Shown here: piece after piece, positions 34,854 through 48,100 of the stretch
Layout: the number at the start of each line of letters is the position of its first letter
How positions within the stretch are numbered: position 1 is the stretch's first letter
From: Lepidodermella squamata
Taxonomy: Eukaryota > Animalia > Gastrotricha
Assembly: GCA_047495785.1 (NCBI GenBank)
Contig: JBLDXI010000023.1
Span: forward strand, 248,001 to 312,000
DNA: 64,000 nucleotides
Reading direction: 5' to 3'
Translations under genes and position numbers: made by a program
The notes under the pieces: generated by a model
The model's input: only the letters and a program-made list of their open reading frames with translations
Database searches by the model: none
Told to the model about the DNA's origin: nothing

Positions 34854-37139
34854 ATGATGATTCGATCTTACACTTTCCTGCTATACCTTGGATGGTTATT
34901 CCAGATTCAGCAAGCAGAGGTTGAAAAAACACGCGTTATTCGTCAATTGATGGTTGCTTCCGTTAGTGTGGCCGATCCCAGACACACCTTAGCTGGGACA
35001 ATTGCTATGAACTACGTGTTTTCCCGAATAAACAACCGTAGCGACCTGTTACCCGGCTATCGCATTGAACTAGATACTCGAGATGATCTTGCGGGAAATT
35101 TTGCCGTGAAACAAATGATCGCCTTCCGCCGAGAATTCGACCCCGCTGCATCAGAAGACATCATTCCGTCTCCAATAGTAATTGGTTCCACTTTTACAAG
35201 TGGTTGTAAAGCCCTGTCCGCAGTCCACCCGTTCTACAACTCGATTGGGTTAGGTAGCTATTGCTCAGCCCCAATGTTTGCAAACCGCGATAAGCACCGG
35301 AATTTTTACTTGACCTTCACAACTGGAAAAACCACCGCAATCGCAATGTTGCTTTTCATGCGAAGAATTGGAGGCTGGAACCGCTTTGCTATTGTGTCCC
35401 AGCCTACGAACGCCTACGACTTCTCAATGGTCAGTTTCATGTACGAAAAAGCAGCGGCAAATGGTTTCGAAATTCCTTGGTACGACTCCTATATCGAAGC
35501 GGATTTCGGAGAGGCAGCTCGGAGCATTAAACAGTCAGATATTCGAATCATCGTATTAACGTTATCCCCGGCTCTAACAGTTGTCAAATTCCTTTGTGAA
35601 GCGTATTTAGCGGGAATTCGAGGGCCAAGATACGGTTTTCTTATGTTGAACTCGATGCTTGCCCCAGCCACAAATGTAGCAAACTGCTCAAGACAGATGA
35701 TTATCGATCAATATGAACGGGCCTATTTGTTCGGACCTGTCCTAAAACCAGTAAATTACTCTGCTGTGACAGACCTCGGTTACACAGCATTGGAATTCGA
35801 GCAAGCGCTATTCCGACTGGCAAATGCTACATCAATTGAGTCAGTTTTCGTTGGCTATGTACTTCACGACATTGCTCTGAAAGTTGCAATGGTTCTCTAC
35901 GAAACTGAAAAGCGGCTTAGAGCGTTCCACAATTTATCGCTGATCGATTATCTAAAATTCCCAGAAACTATTGGTCGGGTATCTAATGAAGCGATGGTGA
36001 ACACCAAGGTGAATGGGGTTAGAATTGGACCAATGTGGTATGGCTCCAAAGGTGAAGTCAAAGGAGAAATCGAAGCCATTTCAACGTTCAAGCTTTCCTC
36101 TGGAACACAGGATATAGCTTTCGTCACGCAGAAACATGACAATTTAGAGGAATTCGAATTCGATCACTATCAATTACAGCAAACTAGTAACATGAGTTGG
36201 CCAGGAGGTTTGAGACCCAAAGATCGCGCCTCAACATCAGCAATTACTTCAGAAATCTCCCCAACAGCTGCAAGCATCTGCTGGGCGTTGACTGTAGCTC
36301 TTACGCTCTTTCAACTAGGAGGATTTATTGTCATTATTTTGAAATCGGCGGATTACAAGTTCCTGAAACTTGTCGGCCTGACCGGTTGCCTACTGCTAAA
36401 TGCCTCTGCTTTGATATTTTCCATCAACCGCAATCCTACATCTGTTGCTCTAGCTGTTTCTTCTGTTTTTGCTTTGTCTTTTGGGGCAACCATAACTTTC
36501 AGCGTCAGTTCCATGCGCATTTTTGTCTTGAAGAGATATGTATTGAATACTGCTAGAAATCGGCTTGAGAGTAGAATTTTCTCTATTCAGAGCAAAATAT
36601 TTCATGAAAAAAGATCTGAACGGAAATCGGCGGTGGAAACCGTAAATATCGTATCACCGAAGAAAATTGACAAACTGGTTTCGCTAATTAGTTGTTTTCC
36701 CATTGCATTGATTTTACTTCTTTTGGTTGCTTGGATCTCGACACAAAACATGGCGTGTATGAAAAGATTGGCTTCTGAACCCATTTACCATATAGATCTT
36801 GACTTGGTCACTGAAACCTGGATAATTCAATGCCCGATTCGAGATTGGAAAATTTTAGCTTCAATAATTTCCGCGAATTTTTCACTGGTATTATTCGCGC
36901 TGGTTGTAACGTTCCAGTTACGGAATCTTTCCTCTGTTTCAAGTCGTTTTCGAGAATTTTGGGCGAGTTGCATCAGTGGGGTCATTAGTGGAACCTTACC
37001 TATTGCCGGGGCTCTGTTGGCACTGGCAACTGCTAACGCGCCCCTACTACAGCAGATAGTAATGGCTTTTGCGATCATCGTGATATCCGGACTCGAGTCA
37101 GTCGTTTGGATCTATCCCTGCTTTTTGAAACTATTTTGA
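34854..37139 (+). CDS. Intronless GABA-B-like class C GPCR, paralogue of 23371-25629
   Basis: 761 aa ORF sharing exact blocks with the minus-strand receptor (TTGKTTAIAML, WYDSY.EADF.EA, RIGPMWYGSKGEVKGEIEA, WIYP). Confidence 0.9.
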   Translation: MMIRSYTFLLYLGWLFQIQQAEVEKTRVIRQLMVASVSVADPRHTLAGTIAMNYVFSRINNRSDLLPGYRIELDTRDDLAGNFAVKQMIAFRREFDPAASEDIIPSPIVIGSTFTSGCKALSAVHPFYNSIGLGSYCSAPMFANRDKHRNFYLTFTTGKTTAIAMLLFMRRIGGWNRFAIVSQPTNAYDFSMVSFMYEKAAANGFEIPWYDSYIEADFGEAARSIKQSDIRIIVLTLSPALTVVKFLCEAYLAGIRGPRYGFLMLNSMLAPATNVANCSRQMIIDQYERAYLFGPVLKPVNYSAVTDLGYTALEFEQALFRLANATSIESVFVGYVLHDIALKVAMVLYETEKRLRAFHNLSLIDYLKFPETIGRVSNEAMVNTKVNGVRIGPMWYGSKGEVKGEIEAISTFKLSSGTQDIAFVTQKHDNLEEFEFDHYQLQQTSNMSWPGGLRPKDRASTSAITSEISPTAASICWALTVALTLFQLGGFIVIILKSADYKFLKLVGLTGCLLLNASALIFSINRNPTSVALAVSSVFALSFGATITFSVSSMRIFVLKRYVLNTARNRLESRIFSIQSKIFHEKRSERKSAVETVNIVSPKKIDKLVSLISCFPIALILLLLVAWISTQNMACMKRLASEPIYHIDLDLVTETWIIQCPIRDWKILASIISANFSLVLFALVVTFQLRNLSSVSSRFREFWASCISGVISGTLPIAGALLALATANAPLLQQIVMAFAIIVISGLESVVWIYPCFLKLF

Positions 37140-37150
37140 GCAAAAATGTA

Positions 37151-38575
37151 TTATTTCTTCAGTGAATATCGTAATAAGGTTAGCAATATAGTCGATAAGA
37201 AAAATAAACTTGTTAACAGGTGATCAAGAACAATCAGTCTAAAATTTGTCCACTTCGAGTAGAATTCATAATGACTGGAATGGAAATTCGATGCCCTGGG
37301 TAGATGGCATTGCCCGAAACTGGCTGGCGTTAGCTGTTCGTAGACTTTCGGCTCCTTATCGTCCTCCCACAGCCTCTTGCATGCTTTCAATAAAGCTTCG
37401 TGAATCAGGATTTTAAAAGCTGCGATGTCGTACTTCAGTTGCCATTCGAAATATTGCTGAACAAGATGTTTACTGCTGGGCTTTGAGAGATTCTTCATAA
37501 GTTGGACCAAGTCGGTCAAACTAGCAAAATCTCTGACGTCAATGAATGAAGCGGGAGGCATGACAGTTTTGTAATCAGCTCCACCTAGAACAATAGGTAT
37601 TAAACCAAATTGTTTACTGGCCAGCAACCCTCTTTCCGCTTTTTCTGTGGTGTAGTTGTCGCAAATTGAATTTTCAAAAGACAAATAGAACCGGTAATTG
37701 AATAACTCCTCCTCTGCTAATTGAAAACCACTGCATTTTCCAAAGACGTCGATACTGAGGCCTAGTGAAACAAGCTCAGCAACAACAGACTCACGATCAC
37801 TTTCGGATCTAATGCAAAAGGTTATTGATTTTTGTCATTTTTATCAAATAAAGATGCAAACCTGCAGTTGCTAACAATCCATAAGGCGTCCTTTTGTCGA
37901 GTGGAGAACATTTCTGCAAAATGTTCTATTCGAAGCTTCAAGTTCTGCTGAAAGAACTCGTTAGTTAAAGAATCCTGCGGGAAAGGAGCTGCCTCCCAAT
38001 ATGGTACATGAATGTCAGAGCGTTCCGAATAGCTCATAGTCCAGTTGAACTTGTAGTGGGACATGAATTCCCAATCTATTGCGTCTCTAACATTCACTTG
38101 CGGTTCGAGGTTGAAGAAAACAAAACGCTGCCATGGATCTCGACTATAGGGCATATCGAACCGATTGATATCCAGTGCGTGAAATAAAACAGCATCGGCC
38201 CTAGGTAGTTTTGAGCGGTCGATACTCGCGGCACAGTGCAATAAAGAAGACTGATTGTTCAAAGACACAGTCAGCATAAAATCCTCATCTTTAGGCTGAT
38301 CTCGCCAGTAAAGCCATGGCTTAGCACCAAACCTAATTAATGCCATTCTGAAAAGTACTAGGAATGTTTGCACGCTCTTACCAATCCGTCCACAGTAACA
38401 TTATTTTGATTTCTTCGGTAGATTGGCTGCGAACGAGGGGATCTGAAGTTAGGAAATAGCTGCGCAACCTGTTCGCAGCTTGAATCAAAGTCAATCGATC
38501 GTATCGATAAACCACAATGACAAAAATCATCGTGAAAAATGCGGTAATGACATATTTTTGATGAGATCGGCGCAT
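37151..38575 (-). CDS. Alpha-1,3-fucosyltransferase (glycosyltransferase family 10), 3 exons
   Basis: Exons 38575-38382, 38332-37862 and 37808-37151 are in phase. N-terminal TM, ADAVLFH, FNWTMSYSERSDI, WIVSNC, YRFYLSFENSICDNYTTEK, PIVLG, SFIDVRDF. Confidence 0.92.
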
Positions 38576-39519
38576 GCGGGAATTAACGGCGAACCCGCAT
38601 AATCTCATCAATGATTTTAAAACTGAATGAACATTTAAGAAATTTGCACGCGTCAACTGTTGAAATGTTTGTGCCGCCAGATTAAAGCATAGCACATGTG
38701 TTTCCTGTTCTTATGCGGGCTCTTGGCAGTTTGTAGCCGGTCGGGAACAATGCCTATATAGCTAAGCTTTAACACGCTATGAGAGCTCTCGAGATAAAAG
38801 CTATTTTGACTGCGCGCATTTCATTATTATACTCGGTACAGCTTCACATATATTGCGTTTCGTGTACATTAAAAGTGACTGTGAATAACAGTTTCAGACT
38901 TAGAGTTAGTTCATAAATACAAACGCAATATTTTCCAATAATTGAGGCTAAAATTGATACGAGAAAAGTCATGAGACGTAGCTCATTTTGCCCAATTAAA
39001 ATAGTTCAAACCATTTTTTCTCACGATGCTCAAAATTCTCGCATCGTGAGGGGCTCTCCAGATGGCAAAACACCTTCCACATGCTATTCGAGAGGCGGTT
39101 TTGCGACGAGTCTATATTGTCAGCTTCTGAACGATGCCTGCGAGCCACGCATGAGAAAAGCATGGTGGTATGGTAGTGTTATCCGACTAATTGGTATTTC
39201 GTCACGAGCTGTCGATTTCTGTTGTTGGAGCTGTTGGATTCCGGCACGGATTCCGGCCGGGTGTTCAGTTCGGTTTTCAGCTGATTCGGTTCGGAGTTAG
39301 GTAAGGTAAGTTGAGCTACACAGTTGAGCGAATAATTTGAGCGCGAATTTTAAATTCACCCTTGTCAGATGATATTAATAAAATGTTATTTTCTCATGTT
39401 ATCTATTTTATGCTCTTTTCGCTATCATTGTGCTATTTGTTGACCTTGACCGCAGAAATTGCGCGGGCTTTATTTCAATATGGGGTTCTTGAGCATTTTT
39501 TCATGAGGGCTGAGTCATG

Positions 39520-40660
39520 ATGCAACCTGCCTCCAACGACGAAGCGCCTGAAAGAGCTGGAGTACGCGGACGATCTGGACTTCCTCCTCGACACCAGAAG
39601 TCAAGTCGATGCCACAGAGAACTTAACAGTGAAAACTCTTGCCGAGTGGAACCTTCAAGTGAACGTGGCGAAGACGGAGAAAACGCACGTCTTCAGGAGC
39701 ATGAATCGAAGACGGAGAAAACGCACGTCTTCAGGAGCATGAATCGAAGACGGAGATAACGCACGTCTTCAGGAGCATGAATCGGCCGAAAGCTGGCGCA
39801 AAGTCAAGAAACTGGGTAGCCTTCTAGGTGACTCCGAAGACATGGCGTATCAGCCTCTCCTGGGCAGCGTTCGGCAAGCTAGATGCAATCTGGCGATCGA
39901 ACATCGTATTAGTCGACAAGAAAATCGGCATATACCTACAGAGCCAAAACCAAACCAAAACCAAACCTCTTGTACAACAGCGAAACATGGGGGCTTACAT
40001 CTACGATGGAGCAGAAGCTCAATGCCCATCACAGGGATCAGCTCCGCAAGATTTTGGACATTATCTACCCGGACACCATTTCCAACGAAGACCTATACCA
40101 TGAAACGAGCGAAGAACCACTGTCCTTGACTGTAAAGAGGCGAAGGTGGAGACTATTCGGCCATATCCTACGGCTACCGGCGTTCACCCCCGCTCAGGTC
40201 GCCATGGACCAATACTTCGAAACACTCGGTCAACCCTTTCTTGGGAGAGGCCTGATCACATTGCCGAAACTCCTCACGAAAGATCTCCACGAAACCTTTG
40301 CCTTAAATATCGCCTTTCAAAACGATCATGACTACATCAAGAGACAGCCCTGGGTCCCCAGTCTGAACTGCCACAAAGACCTCGTCCATCTGAGGGAGCT
40401 GGCCAGCAACAGAACCTGGTGGCGAGAACTGGTCGAAAGAATCTGTGCCTCTGGTGTGGAAGCGGCGAAACCCTGAACTGGGTGGAAAGCCGTAATAATC
40501 ATCATCAGCTGAGTCATGAGGCGCCTTGGGAGGGGCCTAAACACCCTGCTGAAAGTCCTCACGAAAGACCTTCAAGAAGTCTTCGCTTAACAAGTCGCCT
40601 TTCAAAAACGATCATGACTACACCAGCGACAGTCCTGGGCCCCCAGTCTCAACTGCCACA
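39520..40660 (+). mobile_element. Degenerate RTE-like LINE 3' fragment with a 38-bp triplication at 39671-39784
   Basis: LEYADD-like motif at about 39557-39575, KKLGSLLG, LYNSETW, RRWRLFGHILRL. The 3' segment is partially duplicated (40230-40380 versus 40520-40660). Confidence 0.8.
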
Positions 40661-41305
40661 ACTACTGCGTCAGCTTTCGTCTCCTGGATCGCCAAGATGT
40701 CAGGTTGGTAGGCCATGGCATCTGCGATGATCTGCCTTTGTTTGAGCGCGCGGAAAATTTAAGACATGCTTACCCGGCGTGATGTTGCTGCTGGAAGGAT
40801 CAAAACATGACTTTAAAAGCCCTTAAATGCGAGATCGAAACTGAGCTGAAACGTATTCGTTTACGTATACCGGAGACCCCTTTCCCAGGGTTCTCATCTC
40901 TGGTACATAATAATACTGCTGATATGTAATTTAATACTTAGTCCAACGTGACCCTGATCCTGTTTAGATTTTGAGCAGTGCTGATTTGAATCTGCTCGTG
41001 TAGTCTCCGTAACTTGCGAGAATGCGACAAATGCGATTTGACTATTTTTTAACAATGAATTTTTGATTTTCATTCGTATGCAAGAGATAGCCCAATCGGC
41101 AGCTAGCTAGTAGTTAACTAGCGGCTATCTTTCTATATCACAGTCCCTCTTCCAACTCCTCGCAAGCCCATACTGCAGGCGCCCTATTTTTCCTATCTTT
41201 ATTTCCTGAACTTTCTTGAACGCTTTAGCGTAACGCAAAATGAAATAGCACCATCGTTATGTCACATTTTTCCTTCTTCCAGATTGTTTAGATTTTAATC
41301 GCAAA

Positions 41306-44300
41306 ATGTCATCACCGGAGTACGAAGGCTTCGGTATCACAGACCATGACGTCATGGACGCGATGGACCCACTGCGTCGGCAAAAGAAACGCACCAAAGA
41401 AGAGTCGATCTACGGAATGTGGGCTGACTCAGATGACGAATCTTCAGAACGCGCCGGTCTAGGCGCTGGTAAACGCGGCGGTAAAGCGGACTACACGCGC
41501 CCTGTCAACTTCATAAGCGGCGGCTTGAAGAAAACGCAAGCGGAAATGGACGCTGATGAAGAAGTAAGCGATTGTGTTCGAAATTTTGAATATGAAGTTG
41601 TACCAATTTGACCGCTTTAGGAAGAAGAACCTGAGGTCGTGAAAAAGCCGAAAGAATCTCGTTTTTCGGGCGTAAAACGAGTCGATCGATCTGCGTAGGT
41701 TACTATCCATGTTAAAAGCCATTATTTGCAATTGTACGTGTCGTTTCAGAGCTCACGATCTTGGAGATTTCGAGAAGTATACGAAAGGAATTGGGAAAAG
41801 ACTTCTAGGCAAGGTTTGTTTCTTTCTATCATCGAAATTCGCTCTGATTTCATGTGTTATAGATGGGCTGGTCCGCTGGGCAAGGTCTCGGCAAGAACCA
41901 ACAGGGCATCGTGAAACCGGTTGAAGCCTTCGTGAGGAAAGGCAAAGGAGCGCTTGGTTTTTACGGCTCTGAACGAACTGAACCAGCTGCCCCGGTTCAA
42001 AAGGAAGAAAAACCGGCGACTCGTAAAGACGGCCAAGCTGCTGCCGGGCCGAAACTCGGCCAATGGAAAAAGGCTCCCGGGGTGAGTTTTATTTTGTCGA
42101 GTTGCTATTATTCCAGCGACAAATGACTGCTCTGCAGCTGATCGGAATCCGTTTCAGTGCTGAATTCCATCAAAATTTTTGACAATGCATCATTTCTGAT
42201 AGCATTTGATTTTGAACCTGGAATATTTCATTATCGATTGCATTTAGCTGATTTTATTTGTAGTCTTGTGTCGGTTTCTGAGAAAATTGCCGAGCATCTT
42301 TGCAAAAATGTGGTATTTAATGATTTTAATTTGAAATTGGTACTGAAGTACGTTAAATTCATTTATTTCCTTGAATTTTAGATTGAATTAGATGGAAAAA
42401 ATGAATCCAATTTATTCTTTCAAAAATGCTGTGATTTTTCATAAAATCATGTTTTTAAGCATTTTACACTTTAATTGAAGTAAGGCATGGAGAAACCTAA
42501 ATTCGCGTCGGTTCTAAGATGTTTTCAGGCTTCTTTTCGAGGAAAATTCAACAAAATGCCTCCATTCGCTCGACAATCTGCTCAGAACACATTTCATTTT
42601 CACCAAGGCAACGATCAATTTTAGAATTTTTAACCAACAATTCTAATTTAACAAGTAGTGGTCGGCGTTAAATAACACTGGTCAAATTATGAAATTTTAG
42701 CCGACATTCGAAACGCCGACACGTATTTTATTTCATGAAACGGCGATTTGGGTGTATATTGTTTTGTCAGCTAATTCCTTGTTCCGTCAGCTAATTCCTG
42801 TTTTTGTCAGAAGTATCGTTTTCTGACAGCAATGACTCTTTTTGACAGCAGAACTACTATTTATCAGCTAATTTTGAATAAAATTAAAATTATCTAAAAA
42901 AGTTGAACGTCTACTGCGAGCTACTGGGTGATATCGCGAAAAATGTCCGGCAATGTTCGGCAATGTCCGGCCGCCAAGTCAGCCGATTTTTCCTCAGTCC
43001 TACCGTAGTAATTATCGTAGTTTTATCTTTTAATATTAGTGCTCATTTTTCGCAAAAAAGTAGCAAAAAGCGAAAATTTACCTTGATTGCCTGTAACTAC
43101 TCGAGCTACCTACTACCTATGTATGATATACTTTTGCGAAATCGAACCCGAACTCCCTCTCTACTACCCCCACACCTATCACTCTACAGAATAACAAGGA
43201 ATTACCACACTTCTATCGTCGCGCCAAACTCATGTCGAAACCTCCAGGATGAAAACTTGAAGTCTTGTATACCGCCTTTTTCTAACCCTTTAACCCTGAC
43301 TAGTTCGCAGCCCAAGCGATTCATATTTGTGCTGTTATGACGCGTCGAAAGTGCCAAAAATGCGGTTTCAACAGATTATTTTGGATTTTGGACTGATTGT
43401 GCGCGCGTAGTATTCGTTGAAACTGGCCGTGGATTCATTTCAACCCGAATGTTGAAATTATTGGAAAAATGTATAATTCGCATTTATATGATCTTGGCTA
43501 GCGATATAGGGTTTGAATTACAATTAACATTTAACTAGCTGATAAATAGTAGTTCTGCTGTCAAAAAGAGTCATTGCTGTCAGAAAACGATACTTCTGAC
43601 AAAAACAGGAATTAGCTGACAAAATGCAAAAATTAGCTGACGAAACTAGATTAACTCGGCGATTTTGAGCATCTTACATTTTTACAGATGCTGATTCAAA
43701 TAGCGATAAATCAAACATCTATCCTTTTCGCGAGGAAATATTTTTCGACAAATTGTCAAAAATCTTATCACAAATTACAGAATGAAATTAACAAGTCGTC
43801 TGTGTTATCAGTTTTAAATCGCAAATTCTACCGTTTTCGAGCTTTGAAAAAGGTGATAAAAAATAATTCTTTAAATTGAAGCTGAAAAATATCGCGATTT
43901 ATTCAACCAATTCACCAAATAAAACCCGAAAATACGGCTCAATTATTCAGTAGTTTTCGCTATAGGCTATTTTTTCTTGATATTCATTCTGAAATGTTTT
44001 TAGTTCGTCAGTTGAATTTTTAAATTCTTAATCTATGAGCTGTTTGATTTTACACAAATTTGTTTATGGGTGAGTACAAATCTGTCGCCCAAAATTAAAT
44101 AAGTGCGCCCCAGTTTTGCGCCCTTAAATAAACAAGTGCGCGCTGGTTGCGTAATCCGCGCCCACGTTCACGCAACGCCGCGCTGCAACACGCTAAGCCG
44201 CGCGCATTTTGAAATACGCCGCCTTAAAATAAATAATGTCGCCCCATTTAAAGCTTGAGTCGCCGATTTTTTTCGCATGGTTTTCAGGACGGGATAAGGA

Positions 44301-47300
44301 TATGTTGACCATATTTTAACTGCTTTACTTTAACTTTGGTGCTTATATGTCGCGGAAAGCCAAGATCCTACATAGATCAATTATCATAATATTAAGGTTG
44401 TTGACCGGTTTAATTGCAGCGACCTACCTTACAAGCTTGAGAATAATGCAGGTCTATCCAACAAAAACCCGAAATATTACAGGATAATATGATGTAATAT
44501 TCGGGTGAATATCATGGGTGAATATCACGATTAATATCAGCTTGAAGGCTAGCAGGCCAGAGGCGCGTTCAAAGACCGGAACAGCGGGCTGGAAGGCGAA
44601 TATACATCGATATCCACCGATAACACTCGGATATGGTTGTTATCCGGCGTCATGAGTCATCCAATCCGGATAACCGGTAATTCGCCGGCCACGTTGATCT
44701 CACTGACAAATCAGAGCATTTATTGCTCCAATCACGCGCAATCCACCCATTCAATCTTCATACAACACGCGCACACATACGCACCCGCTGCGCACCTCGA
44801 CACGTACCCCGCGCGGCAACTGAGACAGTTCGCCGTGTTGTACAGCCGAGGGATCAAGGGATTATCTGCATTCGAGTGTTTACACGCCGGTTTAGCTACT
44901 AGCTGCGTGAAGAGCCGGACCGTGTCCGGTCATTAAACTGGGTCGCCATAAACGCGCTACCTACAGCTACAACAACAAATCGACAGCTTACAACTTATCC
45001 TAGGATTTTTTTTTCAAGAAATCAGCAATATGCGATATTATTTTCTATTATCTATACGTATGCTATATGACGAGCTATCCCCCAGAATAACTGAGAAACG
45101 TCAAGCGATTTTGGCCCCGTCTTATTTTCAAATTTCATTTGAAACGAGGTGTATCATAATTATAAGCCTCTGTCTTCTATAGTGACTATGAAGGTGGAGA
45201 TATATCTATAGGGCGGAGACCGCTTGACGGGTCTCAATTCCCTGGTCTTAAAAATGCAGTTAGCCATTAGCCCTAACGATCGGTTGTAAGATTTCTCATC
45301 AGGAAATACCATTTCAGCCTTAGGACTAATTTCAAGTAATCTGAACTGAAAGATGCGTCGACGACGGGCCGCTATCTTCCGCTTCCATTAAACTATTCGC
45401 ATATTTGGAAAAAAGGTGATCTAGCATTCAAGCCGAGAAAACCAGCATTCACGCATTGACCGCTGTTTTATTTTAAGGCGCGGACTTGGGGCGCACATTT
45501 GGATTTTGTGGGCGGCGATTACGCAACAGGGGCGACGTTATTTACTATGTGTGCGCACTTATTTAATTTTGGGGCGACGTTTAAAAAGGGGCGCACTTAT
45601 TTAATTCTGGGCGACAGATTTGGTTTATCCGTTTGTTTATTTTGGGATTATTTCCCTATTTTCGGCAAATTCGAACAATTTAAAATCCGATTTCGCAGAT
45701 TCGACGATTCATGAAATCGGCAATTTGTTAAAATATTTTTTTCTATTCCAGGAAAAGAAGAAAGTTCAATATGTCGTTCGAAGTACGGCGGATATCGCGG
45801 CTGAAGGCGAGTACCGGCAGCGCGGCGGAACGCGATCAAACGCCTCCGACTCGGCGATCACCTCCGTCAAAGTCATCGATTTAACCGGCAAAGAGAAGGT
45901 CGTCTACTCGGGCTACTCGTCGCTAGCCAGGCACCACGTGATCCCGGACGACGAGCGACAGCTCGATTCTGACGAAGCAGGGCTCAACTACTTCGACGTG
46001 CCAGAATTACGCCACAATTTGAGACTGCTGATCGGCCAGGCCGAAGACGACGTGATCGACAATTTGAAAACGAGAGATCGAGAAAAGGACCAAATCGCCG
46101 TATTGGAGCATGATAAACAGCGGCTGGACCAGGTTTTGATCGATGAGGAGAGACAAATCGCTCAGTTACAACAAATCGTGACCCTGGTCAATAAACTGGA
46201 CGATGCGACGTCGTTGGATGACGCGATTTCTCTCATTTCCGACCTGCGGATCGATTTCGAGAATGAATACGTCATGTATGGCCTCGAGCGGCTGTTGCAC
46301 CCGGTTTCAGAGCCACTCCTCAAAAATTCGCTATCAACCTGGGACCCGCTTGATCGCGACCAGAAATCGTTGAATTTCGACTCGTTGGCTAAGTTGAAGC
46401 GAGCTTTCAGTGAATGTGATAATTTGCCAGCTTTCGATTCGCTGATTTGGGAACTTTGGGTGCCGCCGGTTCGCCAGGCTATCATCAACCGGTGGAACCC
46501 GCGTGACCCCGACATTTTAGTTGATTTATTCGAACTATGGCAACCGATCCTACCGACTTGGATCTGGGATAACATTAGCGATCAATTTTTGATGCCGAGA
46601 ATTTTGGCCGAGGCTGAAAATTGGAACCCAGTCACCGATGCGTTGCCTATCCATCAGTGGATCCACCCGTGGCTCGGGTTGTTGGGCGACAAATTAGAGC
46701 CGGTCTACGTTCCGATTCGTCAGAAAATCGGAGCAGCTCTCGCGAATTGGCACCCCTCGGATCCTTCCGCGAGAATTCTACTCCAATCTTGGCTGCGAGT
46801 CTGGTCCGACGGCCACATGCGGTCTTTCGTTCTGCAGCATATCGGGCCGAAACTGACTCGGCTGATGCAAGACTTCGTGATAAACCCCCGCCAGCAGCAG
46901 TTGGACGCCTGGAAATGGGTGTTTGATTGGTTGGAAATGATGCCTCATCCGTTTTTTGTCACCCTACTCGATAAGCATTTCTTCCCGAAATGGCTGCAGT
47001 GTTTAGCGGCTTGGCTCGATGCGAGTAACACCGATTACCAGGAGGTTACGAAGTGGTACCTAGGGTGGAAAAGCAGCATCCCCGTTGCGTTGGTTGAAGA
47101 GCCGAATATCAAGGATAAATTAGGCCTGGCTTTGACTATGATGAATCAGGCGATTACCGGCGGCAGGGCAGAGTCGGTTTTGGCTGCGGCGTCCTACCCG
47201 CCTCAAATGCCGTATCAGCAACCGTCAATGCCTGCGTACGCCCCGCCCCCGCCTCCTCCTCCGCCGCCGAGTGTACCCCTCAGTTTCAAAGAAATCATCG

Positions 47301-47535
47301 AACGACGGGTTTGTTCCGCTAATTTCTCGCGTCATTTCGTGCTTCAAATTTCAATTATTTTTTTTAGGCTGAAGCTTGTGGCTTGGTTTTCATGCCTGCA
47401 CAGCGGAGTCTTGGCACTCAGCAAATGTATCAACTTGGCCGCGTGATTCTCTATATCGATCGAAATGTCGTGTTTGTGTCGTCGAACGGCGCTTGGAAAC
47501 CGGTGTCTCTCGAAGAACTGTTTTCACTAGCCTGA
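41306..47535 (+). CDS. TFIP11: Tuftelin-interacting protein 11 (Ntr1/Spp382/Sip1 spliceosome disassembly factor), 6 exons
   Basis: Exons 41306-41563, 41621-41694, 41750-41813, 41863-42081, 45752-47308, 47368-47535. TIP_N motifs KEESIYGMWA..ADYTRPVNFISGG, G-patch [45 protein letters not shown], and GCFC motifs WNP..D..PIH.WIHPW, WHPSD.SA, FFPKW. Confidence 0.95.
42760..43646. mobile_element. Intronic TIR element (about 110-bp inverted repeats)
   Basis: GTCAGCTAATTCCTGTTTTTGTCAGAAGTATCG...ATTTATCAGCTA (about 42786-42870) is the reverse complement of about 43536-43620. Exact termini are uncertain. Confidence 0.75.
44077..45622. mobile_element. Intronic TIR element
   Basis: CAAATCTGTCGCCCAAAATTAAATAAGTGCGCCCC at the left and GGGGCGCACTTATTTAATTCTGGGCGACAGATTTG at the right, with subterminal repeats. 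Confidence 0.75.
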
Positions 47536-47684
47536 TGGCTTCTGTTCTGCGAAGTCTTGTTGCTTTTACGAAAGAGAATGAGCAAAACTCTATCACGTTT
47601 TATATTCGTTATTGAATAAAATACGTTCTTTCAAGCCTATTTTGATTTTTTTATTGTGCGATTTTACTATTACTAGCATTGCGA

Positions 47685-48100
47685 TTTTACTAGTATTCGC
47701 GGACGATACTGCTTTATTATCACAAGATTCGGAGAAAATGCAATTGATTATAGATATTTTTGTTGAGGCGTGTGGACACTTGGGCTTGAAAATTAATGTT
47801 CCAAAAACCAAATTCATGAGAGTCAATTAAAATAACTGCAATTTACATTTACCTTTCTCCATTTACGGGCAGTACATTGAAGAAGTTGATGAATTCGTAT
47901 ATTTGAGAAGTGTTATCACGTCTGACGGCAGGTGTAAGGCTGATGTAAGGACTCGTTTAGAAAAAGGCAACAAGGCGTTTGGCGCTATGCGGAAATATAT
48001 TTTTGCTAATCGATCTGTCCCGACTAAAGAAAAAATGAAATGTTTAAAGAGCGTTGTGGATGCGACTATCATGCATGGCAGCGAAAGTTGGAACCATTCA
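47685..48100 (+). mobile_element. RT fragment closely related to the LINE at 5299-10071
   Basis: FADDTALL..MQLIIDIFVEAC..LGLKINVPKTKFM and ITSDG..KAFGAMRKYIF. It ends in a small tandem duplication (48071-48165). Confidence 0.85.

Noticed and set aside
39671-39784. 38-bp unit repeated three times, superficially CRISPR-like
   Set aside because: The units are head-to-tail with no spacers, inside a LINE RT fragment in a eukaryotic genome.
45620-45751. N-terminal extension of the 608-aa ORF
   Set aside because: It is intronic. The TFIP11 exon starts after the acceptor AG at 45751.
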